This document shows positions 8,900-20,200 of a DNA stretch of 64,000 nt, piece by piece. This stretch comes from a virus (lineage: Duplodnaviria; Caudoviricetes). Every line of letters starts with the position of its first letter. The stretch's first letter is position 1. The notes below the pieces were generated by a model. It was not told where the DNA came from. It worked only from the letters and a program-made list of their open reading frames with translations, and ran no database searches. The DNA is taken from positions 13,471 through 77,470 of the IMG/VR virus record IMGVR_UViG_3300017914_003245; one strand, given 5' to 3'. The translations under genes and the position numbers were made by a program.

Positions 8900-10272
8900 T
8901 AAAATTAATTATTTTCGATCTCGACGGAGTTCTTGTTGAATCAAGAGAACTTCATTACATCGCACTAAATAAAGCTCTAGCAGAAATAAACGAAAAATTC
9001 GTCATATCAAGAGAGGAGCATTTATGCAAATATGATGCGCTAACAACAACAATGAAACTAAAGAAGCTCTCTAAAGAAAAAGGTCTCCCAATCGAAAGCC
9101 ACAACACAGTATGGCAGCTCAAGCAAAAGAAAACACTCGAGGAAATTGATAACTTTGAGATCGATAAAAGAATACAAAATATAGTTAAATCCCTAAAAGA
9201 CCAAGGTTACACTATTGCATGCGCCACCAACTCAATTCGAGCAACATCAAAATTAATGCTAATACGCAAAGGATTCATGGAATATATAGATTTTCTTTAT
9301 TCAAATGAAGATGTAAAAAATGCAAAACCAAATTCAGAAATGTATCTGAAATGCATGATAAAAGCAGGAGTAAACCCAGATCAAACAGTAATCATAGAAG
9401 ATTCTCATATCGGCAGAAAAGCAGCTATAAGCAGCGGAGCACATCTTTGTGCGGTAAAAGACTCCAACGACTTGACATATTCTAAAATAGAAGATACTAT
9501 CCTGCATGCAGAGAATAAATTTTCAAACAAACCAAAATGGCAAGGAGGTAAAATGAATGTACTAATACCGATGGCAGGAGCAGGATCCCGTTTCGAACAG
9601 GCAGGATACACATTTCCTAAGCCGCTAATTGATGTTAACGGCAAACCAATGATTCAGAAAGTTGTAGAGAACCTTAATATTGATGCAAGACACATTTTTA
9701 TTGTGCAGAAGTCGCATTACGAAAAATATGCCCTAAAGCATATGCTAAATCTTATAGCCCCAAATTGCGAAATCATTCAAGTGGAAGGGGTTACTGAAGG
9801 AGCCGCTTGCACAACTTTACTCGCGAAAGAATTAATTAACAACGATGAGCCACTCGTTCTTGCAAATTCCGATCAATACGTAGAATGGGATAGCAATCAA
9901 TTTATGTACTCTGCAATGGCGGACGACATGGATGGCTCTATATTAACATTCGAATCAACTCATCCCAAGTGGAGCTATGCTAAGTTAAACGAGCAAGGAT
10001 TCGTCACTGAAGTTGCAGAGAAAAAACCTATTAGCAATCATGCAACAGTTGGCATCTATTTTTGGAAAAAAGGTTCAGACTATGTAAGTTCTGCCGAATC
10101 AATGATATCTAAAAATATTCGAGTAAATAATGAGTTTTACGTTTGCCCAGTATACAATGAAGCTTTACTTCAAGGAGCCAGGGTTAAAACATTTCATATT
10201 GATAAAATGTGGGGATTAGGCACTCCAGAAGATTTAGACCTTTTCCTCAAACATGAAATTAATATCTCATAG
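8896..10272 (+). CDS. HAD phosphatase fused to sugar-phosphate nucleotidyltransferase
   Basis: N-terminal FDLDGVL, KP and IEDS HAD motifs. C-terminal IPMAGAGSRF...PKPLI nucleotidyltransferase motif. Confidence 0.88.
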   Translation: MIKLIIFDLDGVLVESRELHYIALNKALAEINEKFVISREEHLCKYDALTTTMKLKKLSKEKGLPIESHNTVWQLKQKKTLEEIDNFEIDKRIQNIVKSLKDQGYTIACATNSIRATSKLMLIRKGFMEYIDFLYSNEDVKNAKPNSEMYLKCMIKAGVNPDQTVIIEDSHIGRKAAISSGAHLCAVKDSNDLTYSKIEDTILHAENKFSNKPKWQGGKMNVLIPMAGAGSRFEQAGYTFPKPLIDVNGKPMIQKVVENLNIDARHIFIVQKSHYEKYALKHMLNLIAPNCEIIQVEGVTEGAACTTLLAKELINNDEPLVLANSDQYVEWDSNQFMYSAMADDMDGSILTFESTHPKWSYAKLNEQGFVTEVAEKKPISNHATVGIYFWKKGSDYVSSAESMISKNIRVNNEFYVCPVYNEALLQGARVKTFHIDKMWGLGTPEDLDLFLKHEINIS

Positions 10273-10675
10273 AGGAAACCTATCTGGGCCAGAACCAAAC
10301 AGAGAAAATAGCCCAGATTATATCCTACAGGCGATCGATAGAGGTTACGATGTAGAAGTTGACGTATGGGGCAGAAAGTCCCTATGGCTTGGTCACGACA
10401 AACCAGAATATCCTTGCCCAATTAGCTTCTTAATAGCAAATAAAAACAAGTTATGGATTCATTGCAAAAACCAAGAAGCTATTTTCACCCTAATCAATTT
10501 TAATACGCTAAATTTTTTCTATCACGATCAAGACGATTGCGTATTAACATCAAAAGGATTTCTTTGGACATATCCCAATAAAAATGTTTGTGGTCAAAGC
10601 GTTTTGGTTATAGACGACGCTACAAAATATAACGGACCTCAATGTTTTGGCTTGTGTTCAGATAAAGTAAGATGA
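10253..10675 (+). CDS. GDPD/PI-PLC-like phosphodiesterase
   Basis: ISHRGN, ENS, DVEVDVW, LGHD motifs. Confidence 0.75.
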   Translation: MKLISHRGNLSGPEPNRENSPDYILQAIDRGYDVEVDVWGRKSLWLGHDKPEYPCPISFLIANKNKLWIHCKNQEAIFTLINFNTLNFFYHDQDDCVLTSKGFLWTYPNKNVCGQSVLVIDDATKYNGPQCFGLCSDKVR

Positions 10676-11568
10676 ACTACTGGAATCCTCATGGCCTAAA
10701 GGACCCCGATACAGGCAAAGAGCTAGGATACGTAAATAGTTTTACCAACTATCAATTAAGTTTATACAAAGGCTTACTTGAAAGATTTTCTGTTTACGAG
10801 AATAAAATATCAATTATCATACAGGGCCCCTTGCATTATCGAAGCATTAAAACAATACCTGATTACTTAAAATATGGAGAAGTAGTAGTTAGTTGTTGGG
10901 ATAATGACGACATATCAATGCTAGATGAATATAAAAATGATATCAAAATTGTAGTAAATAAATATTCCAAATTAAAAGGTTATTTGCTTTCCACAAACAG
11001 AGGAGCCAGACCTTACATACTACAAAACTACACAACCCTAAACGGCCTGAAAGCTTCCTCAGGGTATTTATCAATAAAAGTGAGATCAGATGAATCGTAT
11101 CCCGTTTTAGATCCACTGATATCCATGCTAAAGATCAATAGAGATTCTTGTGACCCTAACACTAAGACATCAAATTGGTTTAAAATAGTAACATCTAATA
11201 TATATTTCAGATACGATAAGGAGTGTAAATTTCATCCATCTGATCACATAATAGCCGGATCAAAAACACGGTTAATTTCCGTATTTGATAAAGCTTTGTG
11301 CAGGTGTTTCTCAAAAAATGGATTAAACTTAAGACCTGAGCAGCTGATAGCTTACTCAGCAATAGAATCTTATTTTGATCCTCTCACAAAAAAAACGGAA
11401 TCCATAGATATTCATAATTCTGTTAGCTTAATGCAAAAACATTTTGATATAATAAGAATATCAAACCTACCGAATTGCACATGGACTTCTAGTTACAGAA
11501 AATACAGAGAATTATCTGGAGAAGAAGATTGGTGTCATCACATAAATGATTTAAGTTTAAAAGGTTGA
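10672..11568 (+). CDS. WavE-like lipopolysaccharide synthesis protein
   Basis: ISIIIQGP, VVSCW, TTLNGL, IKVRSDE, FHPSDH pattern. Confidence 0.6.
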   Translation: MNYWNPHGLKDPDTGKELGYVNSFTNYQLSLYKGLLERFSVYENKISIIIQGPLHYRSIKTIPDYLKYGEVVVSCWDNDDISMLDEYKNDIKIVVNKYSKLKGYLLSTNRGARPYILQNYTTLNGLKASSGYLSIKVRSDESYPVLDPLISMLKINRDSCDPNTKTSNWFKIVTSNIYFRYDKECKFHPSDHIIAGSKTRLISVFDKALCRCFSKNGLNLRPEQLIAYSAIESYFDPLTKKTESIDIHNSVSLMQKHFDIIRISNLPNCTWTSSYRKYRELSGEEDWCHHINDLSLKG

Positions 11569-11583
11569 ATTGATACAATTTAT

Positions 11584-11592
11584 TGTTATAAT
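11584..11592 (+). promoter_or_regulatory. Extended -10 promoter (TG-T-TATAAT)
   Basis: TGTTATAAT in the intergenic region, with TTGAAT 16 nt upstream of the -10 hexamer. Confidence 0.55.
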
Positions 11593-11612
11593 CAATAAAT
11601 TTAAATAAGATT

Positions 11613-12167
11613 ATGTCAATATCACTATACAAACCAAACACAAAAAATACAGGATGCGCTTTTAATTTTAAAATCGGCGTAGATAAGAAAAAAGAGCCAG
11701 TAATTTATGCAAAAGCTATTCAGCAACACAGTTGGGACGATAAAACAAAAACGGGCAACTTTTCTGGCAACGCATCCGACCCAGATAAAAACATCAATAT
11801 TAAGTTTACTGAATTCGAAATAGGAGGAATCCTCAGCGCCTTTAAAAACCGAAACGAATTTTCTTCTTTTCACTCTTATGAAGAAAACAAAACAAGCATA
11901 AAATGCACTCCTTGGGATAAAAAAACAAAAATAAAAAACGGAGACAAAGAACAATGGGTTACCCTGCCAGCCTTCGGAATTAATTTTACCAGAAACGGAA
12001 ATCAAGCATTCAGGATACCACTAGAACCAGGAGAAGTCGAAAATGTTTCTGCATTTTTTAAGTTTTACTTAAACTCCCTCTATTCGCATAGAAGAAAAAT
12101 TGAGATTGAAAAGGCCAAAGAATATAACTCTAAAAAAGAAGAAGGTTCAAACAGCGCTCCATTTTAA
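11613..12167 (+). CDS. Hypothetical protein, possibly Whirly/PC4-like ssDNA-binding
   Basis: Two beta-beta-beta-helix units, aromatic-rich, ending EEGSNSAPF. Confidence 0.35.
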   Translation: MSISLYKPNTKNTGCAFNFKIGVDKKKEPVIYAKAIQQHSWDDKTKTGNFSGNASDPDKNINIKFTEFEIGGILSAFKNRNEFSSFHSYEENKTSIKCTPWDKKTKIKNGDKEQWVTLPAFGINFTRNGNQAFRIPLEPGEVENVSAFFKFYLNSLYSHRRKIEIEKAKEYNSKKEEGSNSAPF

Positions 12168-14077
12168 TGCCTAAAAAGAAAAAAATTGTAATACACAGCA
12201 ATCATTGCAAGGCTTTTACAGGTTTTGGAAAAAATGCTAAGAATATTTTAATCTACTTAGAGAAAACAGGAAAATACGATATAGTTGAGTTTTGTAATGG
12301 AATCAGATGGGGTGACCCTTCTTTAAAAAAAATGCCATGGAAAGCTCAAGGAGCCTTACCATCTAGCATATCAAAACTAAAGAAACTACAAAAAGATCCT
12401 GCTCTTGCAAAATCTGCTGCCTACGGAGCAGAGATGGTTGACTCTATTATCGAGGAAGAAAAGCCAGACATCTATCTTGGGATAGAAGACATTTGGGCAT
12501 TCTCTGGTTATGCAAATAGAAAATGGTGGAACAAGATTAATTGCATGATATGGACAACTTTAGATAGTTTGCCAATTTTACCAGAAGCAGTAAAGGCTGC
12601 CCCAAAAATTAAAAATTTTTATACCTGGGCAAGTTTCGCTCAAAAATCTTTAAACGACATAGGTCAGGATCACGTTAAAACCCTTAGGGGCTCTTTGGAT
12701 ACATCTCATTTTTTTAAACTTAAAGACTCAGAAAAACAAAAACTTAGACAATTTCATAGAATTGAATCTAATGACTTCGTAATAGGATTTGTATTTAGAA
12801 ATCAACTTAGAAAAAGCGTACCCAATTTACTGGAAGGCTTTAAAATATTTTGCGAAAAAAATCCCCAGCAAAACTGTAAACTTCTGTTACACACCCACTG
12901 GGATGAAGGTTGGGATATATCTAGATTAATCAAAGAAAAAGGAATAGATCCGTCAACAATCCTTACTACTTATTTTTGCAACAAATGCAAAGAGTATGAA
13001 ATTAAAAACTACACAGGAGAAAAACTTGATTGTAGATTTTGTGGAAGCGAAAAAAGTCAAGTAACAACAAGCGTAAAGGGTGGAGTTAGCGAATCTCAAT
13101 TAAATCAAATTTACAATCTAATGGATGTATACTGTCATCCATTCACTAGCGGAGGTCAAGAGATTCCTATTCAAGAAGCTAAACTTGCAGAACTCATAAC
13201 ACTTGTCACAAACTATAGTTGCGGAGAAGATTCCTGCAAAGAAGGCGCAGCAAGCCTACCTCTATCTTGGACTGAATATCGAGAACCGGGAACTCAATTC
13301 ATTAAAGCTAGTACTTGCCCCAAAAGCATAGCTTCTCAATTAGAAAAGGTATTGTTCATGAACGACTCCAAAAAAGAGCAGATGGGCAAAACAGCCAGAG
13401 AATTTGTCATAAATAACTATAGCATTGAAGTCATAGGCAAACAACTTGAAGACATTTTCGACTCCATGCCAGACATAAATTGGGACTTTAATTTTGAAGC
13501 AGAAGAAAGAGATCCAACCTATAACCCGCCAGACATAGAAAAAGACTCTGACTGGTTAATTGATATTTATAAAAATATATTAAAAGTTGAAGCTAGTGAG
13601 CTTGACGATGGACACAAGCATTGGATGAATCGACTACAATCAGACCTGAAAAGAGAAGACGTATTGAAATATTTTCAAGCAGTCGCAGAAAAAGAAAACA
13701 AAGAAAATAAAAAGATTGAACTTGCAGAGCTCTTAGATGATGAAGATCCCAGCGAGCGACTACTAATTGTTATGCCTGAAAGAATTGGAGATGTATACTT
13801 AATGACTTCATTATTACCAAACGTAAAAAAACAATATCCTAATCATAAAATATATTTCGCAACATCAGCAAAGTATTTTCAAGTTCTAGACGGAAATCCC
13901 TACATTCATAAATGCATAGCTTATCACGACGAACTCGCAAATCTTCCATTAATGGAAGGACAAGGAAAACATGAAGGATATTTTGATATGGCATTTATTC
14001 CGTTTTTAGGAACCCAAAGGTTTATAAACTATACCCATAACGGCAAAGATAAAATTCAATTCGATTTATGCACCTAG
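12167..14077 (+). CDS. GT4 glycosyltransferase fused to the N-terminal half of a GT9-like domain
   Basis: RNQLRK and SGGQEIPIQEA (GT4), a CxxC-CxxC insert, and C-terminal LLIVMPERIGDVYLMTSLLPNVKKQYP (GT9 N-domain). Confidence 0.8.
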   Translation: MPKKKKIVIHSNHCKAFTGFGKNAKNILIYLEKTGKYDIVEFCNGIRWGDPSLKKMPWKAQGALPSSISKLKKLQKDPALAKSAAYGAEMVDSIIEEEKPDIYLGIEDIWAFSGYANRKWWNKINCMIWTTLDSLPILPEAVKAAPKIKNFYTWASFAQKSLNDIGQDHVKTLRGSLDTSHFFKLKDSEKQKLRQFHRIESNDFVIGFVFRNQLRKSVPNLLEGFKIFCEKNPQQNCKLLLHTHWDEGWDISRLIKEKGIDPSTILTTYFCNKCKEYEIKNYTGEKLDCRFCGSEKSQVTTSVKGGVSESQLNQIYNLMDVYCHPFTSGGQEIPIQEAKLAELITLVTNYSCGEDSCKEGAASLPLSWTEYREPGTQFIKASTCPKSIASQLEKVLFMNDSKKEQMGKTAREFVINNYSIEVIGKQLEDIFDSMPDINWDFNFEAEERDPTYNPPDIEKDSDWLIDIYKNILKVEASELDDGHKHWMNRLQSDLKREDVLKYFQAVAEKENKENKKIELAELLDDEDPSERLLIVMPERIGDVYLMTSLLPNVKKQYPNHKIYFATSAKYFQVLDGNPYIHKCIAYHDELANLPLMEGQGKHEGYFDMAFIPFLGTQRFINYTHNGKDKIQFDLCT

Positions 14078-15243
14078 TAGAACAATACGCCCTGTCTTGC
14101 GGAGTCAAGATAGATAAGCCACATATAGAGGTATCATATTTTCCCGTTGTACCTCAAAAATACATTACAATTCACTCAAGCAATCGGATACAATCTAAAA
14201 CATATGATTTATACAAAGATGCTCTAGAATTAATAAATCCTTTTTTAGAGAAAGAAAATATCAAAATTTTACAAATAGGAGAGTCTGGAGAAGAAAAGCT
14301 GCCTTATTGCCAAAGCCTACTTGGAAGGACAAACATAAAGCAGGCATCTTATGTAATAAAAAACAGCATGCTTCATCTAGGCACCGACTCCTTTAGTACT
14401 CATGTAGCATCTGGATTTGGAAAAAAAATCGTCTCTCTTTACTCTACATCCTACAAAGAATGCTGTGGACCTTATTGGGGGAATAAGTCAGATCATATAC
14501 TATTAGAACCTAACAGAGATGAATATAAAGCCTCATTCTCTGATACAGAAAACCCAAAAACAATCAATCAAATAATGCCAGAAAAAATTGCTCAAGGAGT
14601 ATTGAACTTACTGAACCTAAAACATGACCTAGACAAGGTTGAAACATTTCATGTAGGCCAAATGTATCATGGTCAATCTGTGGCTATTGTTCCAGATCAT
14701 ACTATGCCTGCATCATTCATCAAAGGTCAACCAGTAAACATCTGGGGGCATACACACTTCAATGAAGAAAATATTATAAAATGGGCTATCAATAGAAAAT
14801 CAAATATATTTATAGACAAGCCATTAAATACAAAATATTTAAAAACAATCAAAAATAACATACATCAAATAAATTTCTTTCTTAATGATGAAAACGAAAA
14901 CTGTGAGCAGTTTTTTTCTGATATCAAAAAGATAGGAATAAGGCTTCAATTAATTTGTGAAGATAAAGAAAAAATAAAAGCAACAAGATTAAAGTTTTTT
15001 GACTGGGATGTGCATTTATTAGAAAAGACAACAAAAAAAGATCTTGACAATATAGATAAATTATGTGATAATAGTCGTTACAAAAGTTCCCAACTAGTAT
15101 GTTCAAACAAAAAAATATATGCCTCTAAAGCGGCATGGAAAAACAACATCGAAGGCGATCATAAAGAAGTTATTGATTGCCCTGAATTCTGGGAAGACTT
15201 GGTAAATCTTAAAATTTATAACGACTATAGAAATGACAAATAA
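14068..15243 (+). CDS. GT9-like protein (C-terminal Rossmann half) plus unknown domain
   Basis: YITIH, ILQIG, LLGRTNIKQASYVI and HLGTDSFSTHVAS match the GT9 C-domain. Confidence 0.7.
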   Translation: MHLVEQYALSCGVKIDKPHIEVSYFPVVPQKYITIHSSNRIQSKTYDLYKDALELINPFLEKENIKILQIGESGEEKLPYCQSLLGRTNIKQASYVIKNSMLHLGTDSFSTHVASGFGKKIVSLYSTSYKECCGPYWGNKSDHILLEPNRDEYKASFSDTENPKTINQIMPEKIAQGVLNLLNLKHDLDKVETFHVGQMYHGQSVAIVPDHTMPASFIKGQPVNIWGHTHFNEENIIKWAINRKSNIFIDKPLNTKYLKTIKNNIHQINFFLNDENENCEQFFSDIKKIGIRLQLICEDKEKIKATRLKFFDWDVHLLEKTTKKDLDNIDKLCDNSRYKSSQLVCSNKKIYASKAAWKNNIEGDHKEVIDCPEFWEDLVNLKIYNDYRNDK

Positions 15244-16063
15244 ATCAAAATCATCCTCAGATAACTCAGTAACGTATCAATCTGAAACAGAAGTAAAAGA
15301 AACAAAAGTAAAATATCCAGCAAATTATGCTGATGGCCCAGGACGCTTTCAGCGTAATGCATTTGGCTTACTAAGTAACGTAGATTATATATTCTCCGAA
15401 GATGGATCTGTTAATTGGAGAAGCATGATTAAAGATGAGCATTTATTTCCAAACAAGTCATGGTTTGATCTTAGAAAAAAAGATGTCCCAAGAACTATTG
15501 ACGGATTAAAAGACCACCAATTATTAATTAAGCTAAGCGGAATTAAAGAGCTTGCCAAGTTACGTGGGTTTACAGACGTTTCATACGAAGTTGTAAAATG
15601 CGAGCAAGACCACGTCGCCGCAATTTGCCACATGACTTTCTTACCTAATTACGAAACAGGAGGCAAGGCCGTTCATTTTCAAGACATGGCTAACGCAACA
15701 CTAAACAATACTAGCAGTTTTGCCACTAAATTCTTAGAGACAATTGCATGTAATAGAGCTTTCGTTCGTTGCGTTAGAAATTTCCTGAATGTACATATTG
15801 TCGGAGATGACGAAATTGACAAATCAAATAACCCCGGAGGAGGCAGTCAATCGGTGATATCACCCACACTTACTCCTTATTCAATGGTAGAATCTCTAGC
15901 TAAAGATAAATTAAACTGCTCTAACTTCGAAGAGTTTAAAGTTGTATTAAGGGATTGGTGGAAAAACGAAAAATATCAAAATGACAATGCAAAAAACTGG
16001 AATGACTTTTCGGATATTTCTCCAACAGACGCAAGGATTTTAATGAAATTAATTAATTCTTAA
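15233..16063 (+). CDS. Rad52/Sak-like ssDNA annealing protein
   Basis: LIKLSGIKELA and ETIACNRAFVRCVRNFLNV...DEI resemble the Rad52-fold core. Confidence 0.5.
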   Translation: MTNKSKSSSDNSVTYQSETEVKETKVKYPANYADGPGRFQRNAFGLLSNVDYIFSEDGSVNWRSMIKDEHLFPNKSWFDLRKKDVPRTIDGLKDHQLLIKLSGIKELAKLRGFTDVSYEVVKCEQDHVAAICHMTFLPNYETGGKAVHFQDMANATLNNTSSFATKFLETIACNRAFVRCVRNFLNVHIVGDDEIDKSNNPGGGSQSVISPTLTPYSMVESLAKDKLNCSNFEEFKVVLRDWWKNEKYQNDNAKNWNDFSDISPTDARILMKLINS

Positions 16064-16119
16064 CAATTGTAATTTTATTCATCATATCAATATTCCATAT
16101 ATTTCAAAGTATCATACAA

Positions 16120-17247
16120 TTATAATTTATTTTTAATTTCTTGTATTTGCTGTTCTAAAAAATCAATTTTCTTTTGTTGTTCTTGTATAGCTCCAACTAG
16201 CACAGGAACAAGCTTTTCGTATCTTATTGCGAGAGTACCATTTTCTCTCTCTTGAACAATTTCAGGACAAATTTCTTTTATTTCTTGAGCAATCAAACCT
16301 ATGTCCTCTCCTGTATAAGTTGACTGTTTTTCGTTCCATGTAAAACGCACTGGATTGATCGCCAAAACATCAGACAAACAATTATCTAATTTAGAAATAT
16401 TATCTTTCAGGTTTTTATCTGATAAACTGTATGCAACAATATCGCCCTGAACATATAAATTAGCAGGAACACTGTTAGTAGAATGAGATCGTATATATAA
16501 ACTACTAGAAACTTGCTCTAAACCATTAAAAAACGATCCAGGTCTGCCCTGCATTAATCTAACGTTGTAATCTACTTCATTCAATGTTGAGTCTAGTAAA
16601 TTTTCTATAGAAAAGTCGATATAAGCCCTAGATGGATTTTTTAGTTCTAAACGTTCGTGAAACGCTGATTTACACCATATGCCTTCGTGACCACCCCCTT
16701 CACCTGTTATTATAAGCATGGTGTCATTATTGGCATCACCAGGAGAAAAAGTCATTCTACCAGAAGCGCTATCCGTAAACCATCTATGAATCCATTGATT
16801 TGTTCCGTGAAAATAAACTCCGCCAATATCTTTGAAAGCATCCATCATCAACCCTCCGTTAGTTCCGTGGCCTGCCTCGGTCGCTAATTTGATTTGCCCA
16901 CCTTCATAAGGATATTCGAAAGAAGCTCCTAAAGTCAACTGACCTTCTTCTATTATAGCTCCTCCACGTTTTATTGTCAGAGGTCCATAACTTACAACAC
17001 CATTATAACAACCAATATTAAAACTGTGATCTTCCACTTCGGTTCCCACTTGGCCAATATAATCTCCGATAACATGACAATTTATTTTATCTTCTATCTC
17101 ATTTCCAACTCCATTAATAATTGTGCACCTTAGACTATCAGATATTGTATTTCTATATCCAGATCCAATAAAATTTCCATCATTAAAATAATCCCCTTTG
17201 CCTGCCACCGACAAGGGTTTGCTTTCTATATTTGTATTACCACTCAT
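16120..17247 (-). CDS. Tail fibre with C-terminal intramolecular chaperone (peptidase S74)
   Basis: SDKNLKDNI, GLIAQEI, IRYEKLVPVLVGAIQE and a terminal coiled coil. Confidence 0.88.
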   Translation of the reverse strand: MSGNTNIESKPLSVAGKGDYFNDGNFIGSGYRNTISDSLRCTIINGVGNEIEDKINCHVIGDYIGQVGTEVEDHSFNIGCYNGVVSYGPLTIKRGGAIIEEGQLTLGASFEYPYEGGQIKLATEAGHGTNGGLMMDAFKDIGGVYFHGTNQWIHRWFTDSASGRMTFSPGDANNDTMLIITGEGGGHEGIWCKSAFHERLELKNPSRAYIDFSIENLLDSTLNEVDYNVRLMQGRPGSFFNGLEQVSSSLYIRSHSTNSVPANLYVQGDIVAYSLSDKNLKDNISKLDNCLSDVLAINPVRFTWNEKQSTYTGEDIGLIAQEIKEICPEIVQERENGTLAIRYEKLVPVLVGAIQEQQKKIDFLEQQIQEIKNKL

Positions 17248-17250
17248 TTG

Positions 17251-20200
17251 TTAATAAACTGTTATCCATGGACCAACACCAGATTTGTATACTTGAGTCT
17301 GATTACTACTAGTCCTCCTAACGAAATAGTACGAACTATCTGAATTGTAATACATCAACGCATAACTAGGAGCATGCTCAAAAAATGTCTCTTGATTAAT
17401 ATACCACCAACCAGACTTTGATCCCCAACTTGACATATTCAACCACAAACCTCTTTTTGTTTCAGCGTTTGGTAAGTAAGTAGCTCTTCCATACGTAGAA
17501 TCTTTATTCCAATATACATAACTCCAACCGTATTCTTGTGAAAAAATCCACTCATCTATTAAGCAAAAACTTTGAACAAAAAATGCATTAGTCATATTAT
17601 TAATTCCTCTACCAGGAAACCAACTATTTTCTACCCAATTGGGCAGAGATGAGCTTATGGTCGCCCCGCCCGCATCTTGCCAAAAACCTACAGCCATACT
17701 TGAGTGCAAGTAGTCTATCTTAACTCCTCCGCTCGCTCCATTTTGACTAAGTAAAACAGTTTGCTCTATTTTATTCTTTACCCCGCTTATTATTACTTGA
17801 GATGTTCCTCCATTAATTTCATTCTCCACCCCAGAAAGAATTGCATTTGCGCCTTGTATATTACCAGATTCTTCTGCAGGCATACTATTTTCAAAACCTC
17901 CCGCAATAACTGAAAAATTATCCTTACAAATATTACCGTAGCCTCCACCTATAGAGGAAAAGTGGGAGTCCATCTGATTTTGAGCTCCTCCACTTATTAA
18001 AGAACCTATATTATTTATAGATTCCGAACCTGAAGCGGGGACAAGAATATTATTATAGCCTCCTCCTACAAATGAACCTAACCCATCTACAGTTTGCCCG
18101 CCAGAAGTAATATTGCCTATATAAGAAGAAAGGCTTCCAGATCCTGCATATCCAAATCCAACATCTATAATTGAATTATTAATAAACGTACCCTTTATTT
18201 CCACCTTGCCTTTTGCGCTAGAATATCTTATATAAGATAATTTTTCAGATTCAATACTTGAGGAAGCCGCTGGATTTATTCCACCAACATCAAAATAAAC
18301 TACCGTCGCACCGTTGTCGAAATCTGTGGCCAGCAAGTATCCAGCAGGGTCATAATCATCGGTTTCTCTTGGCAATTTTTCATCGGAGTCATATAGCCCT
18401 CCTTGAAAGTCGGGAGACCTTAATACCCCTCCTACTGAACCTTCACCTATAGTTAACATACTGGTTATATAACTTTCTTCTGCTAAAAGCAGACCTGTAG
18501 CTACGCTAGAGAATTCTGCCCCAAATGGCTCCCACTTGCTGCTTGTATCTGGAGTTTCTGGATTGGATGATGTTCTTGTGTGACTTGCTACGCATATATA
18601 ATAACTGCCGTCATATTTGACAACATCACCTCTGAAATCCGTACCAGAATAATCGACATTATTACCATTATCCTCCCAGTCGCCCCTATATGAAGTAGCT
18701 ACTCCATCTTTTCTTTTTGCATATTGCCAAGGATCTGTCCATGTTGCAGTTGCCGCAGTATGATTTTCATAGCTTGTAAATATTGCTGTTGAAGCATATA
18801 TAAACTCTCCATTTTTCAAGCCTGATGGTACAGATAATCCCCAAACGGGATTAGTAGGAAAAACAGGAGCTTTTGAACTGAAATTATATTTATAGCTTGA
18901 AGAAGGCTTATGGGCCGAAGTTAAAGCTGTAGAACTTTTTCTATATAGAGTTACCTCTGCGACAGCGTTAGCTTCTACCTTAAAAGGAGTTTGCCAACTA
19001 AAAGTAGTAGATCCCGCAACCTTTTCGCCTCTACTAGCCCAAAGAAAACCTTTATTGTTCCCCTGAAGATTACTATTGTTTGGATCAGTATACCAAGGAG
19101 GAGCAATATTATTGCCAAAGGTAGGAGCAGAAACGCTTGTAGATGTAGACCTTCTATATATTAGGTCTATAGATGTGCCCGCTATAGATTTGGATATAGT
19201 TTGGTCTATTGATGTTGAACCTGTTTCACCACCATATTTTTTATATGAAATACTGTATCGAACCTTAGCTTCAAAAACTGAGGCAGGCATAGCACTAAAA
19301 TCATTATATACTATACTGTAAGTATTTGCATTACTATTATTAGTAGATTTTACGCCATTATACGTTATCGTTCCCTCGATAACAGTAACAGAATCAACTT
19401 TAAACTGTCCAGCCGCAAGCGTACCTGTTACAGGTTTTAATCTTAAAGATCCATCATAAACGATCAATTCCGTGCCACTACCTGTATAATCAAAATCTCC
19501 GCTTGCATTTTTTTCTGCAAGAGAGTGACTAGCATTAGTTAAAACAGGTTGTATAGCATTCGAACCTTCCTCAACCTTGGATATTGTCAAACTATCTGAA
19601 ACTGTAAAATTATCAGAACTGTTATTCATTCCAGACTTTGAAGAGGTAGCAGTGATCTTAACTTCGTTAACAGATAGTGCCCAAAAATCATCTCTTTTGA
19701 TCCACACATCATTTCCAGTATGAGTTGAAGACGCGCTTGAATCAGAGGTACTTGATCTAAATAAAGCGAGATTAGAGTTATTTGTGTGAGACCAAATCAC
19801 ATTTTCGCTGATATTTTTCTTTTCTGCAGATATTTTAATATAAGTCGGAGTAAGAGAAGCTGCTTGATCTATGTTTCTGCGCTTTGAAAAAATATAAGAA
19901 TCAGCAAATATACTTAATGATTTAGCCGTATCTCCATCTCTAGTTACAGAAAATGTTTGTCTTTTTACAATTGTAAATTCTTTATCGCTAAAAGTTCTAC
20001 CTGTGATTGTATAATCTATATATATTGTAGAAGAGCCATCATAAACAGAGGAGTGGTCCGCAACTCTTGCAACTGCGCTTGCTCCAGAAACAGAGCTTAT
20101 AGCGCCAGGAGATATTTCGTTAATACTACCTAACTTACTTGCACTAGCTGCAACCTTAAACTTGCCAGCACTTAAAGATCCAGTTGTGAAAGTCAAAGGT

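Noticed and set aside
14040-14077. Programmed -1 frameshift fusing the two GT9 halves
   Set aside because: No X-XXY-YYZ slippery heptamer is visible, and the downstream frame has a TAA only six codons upstream of its ATG.
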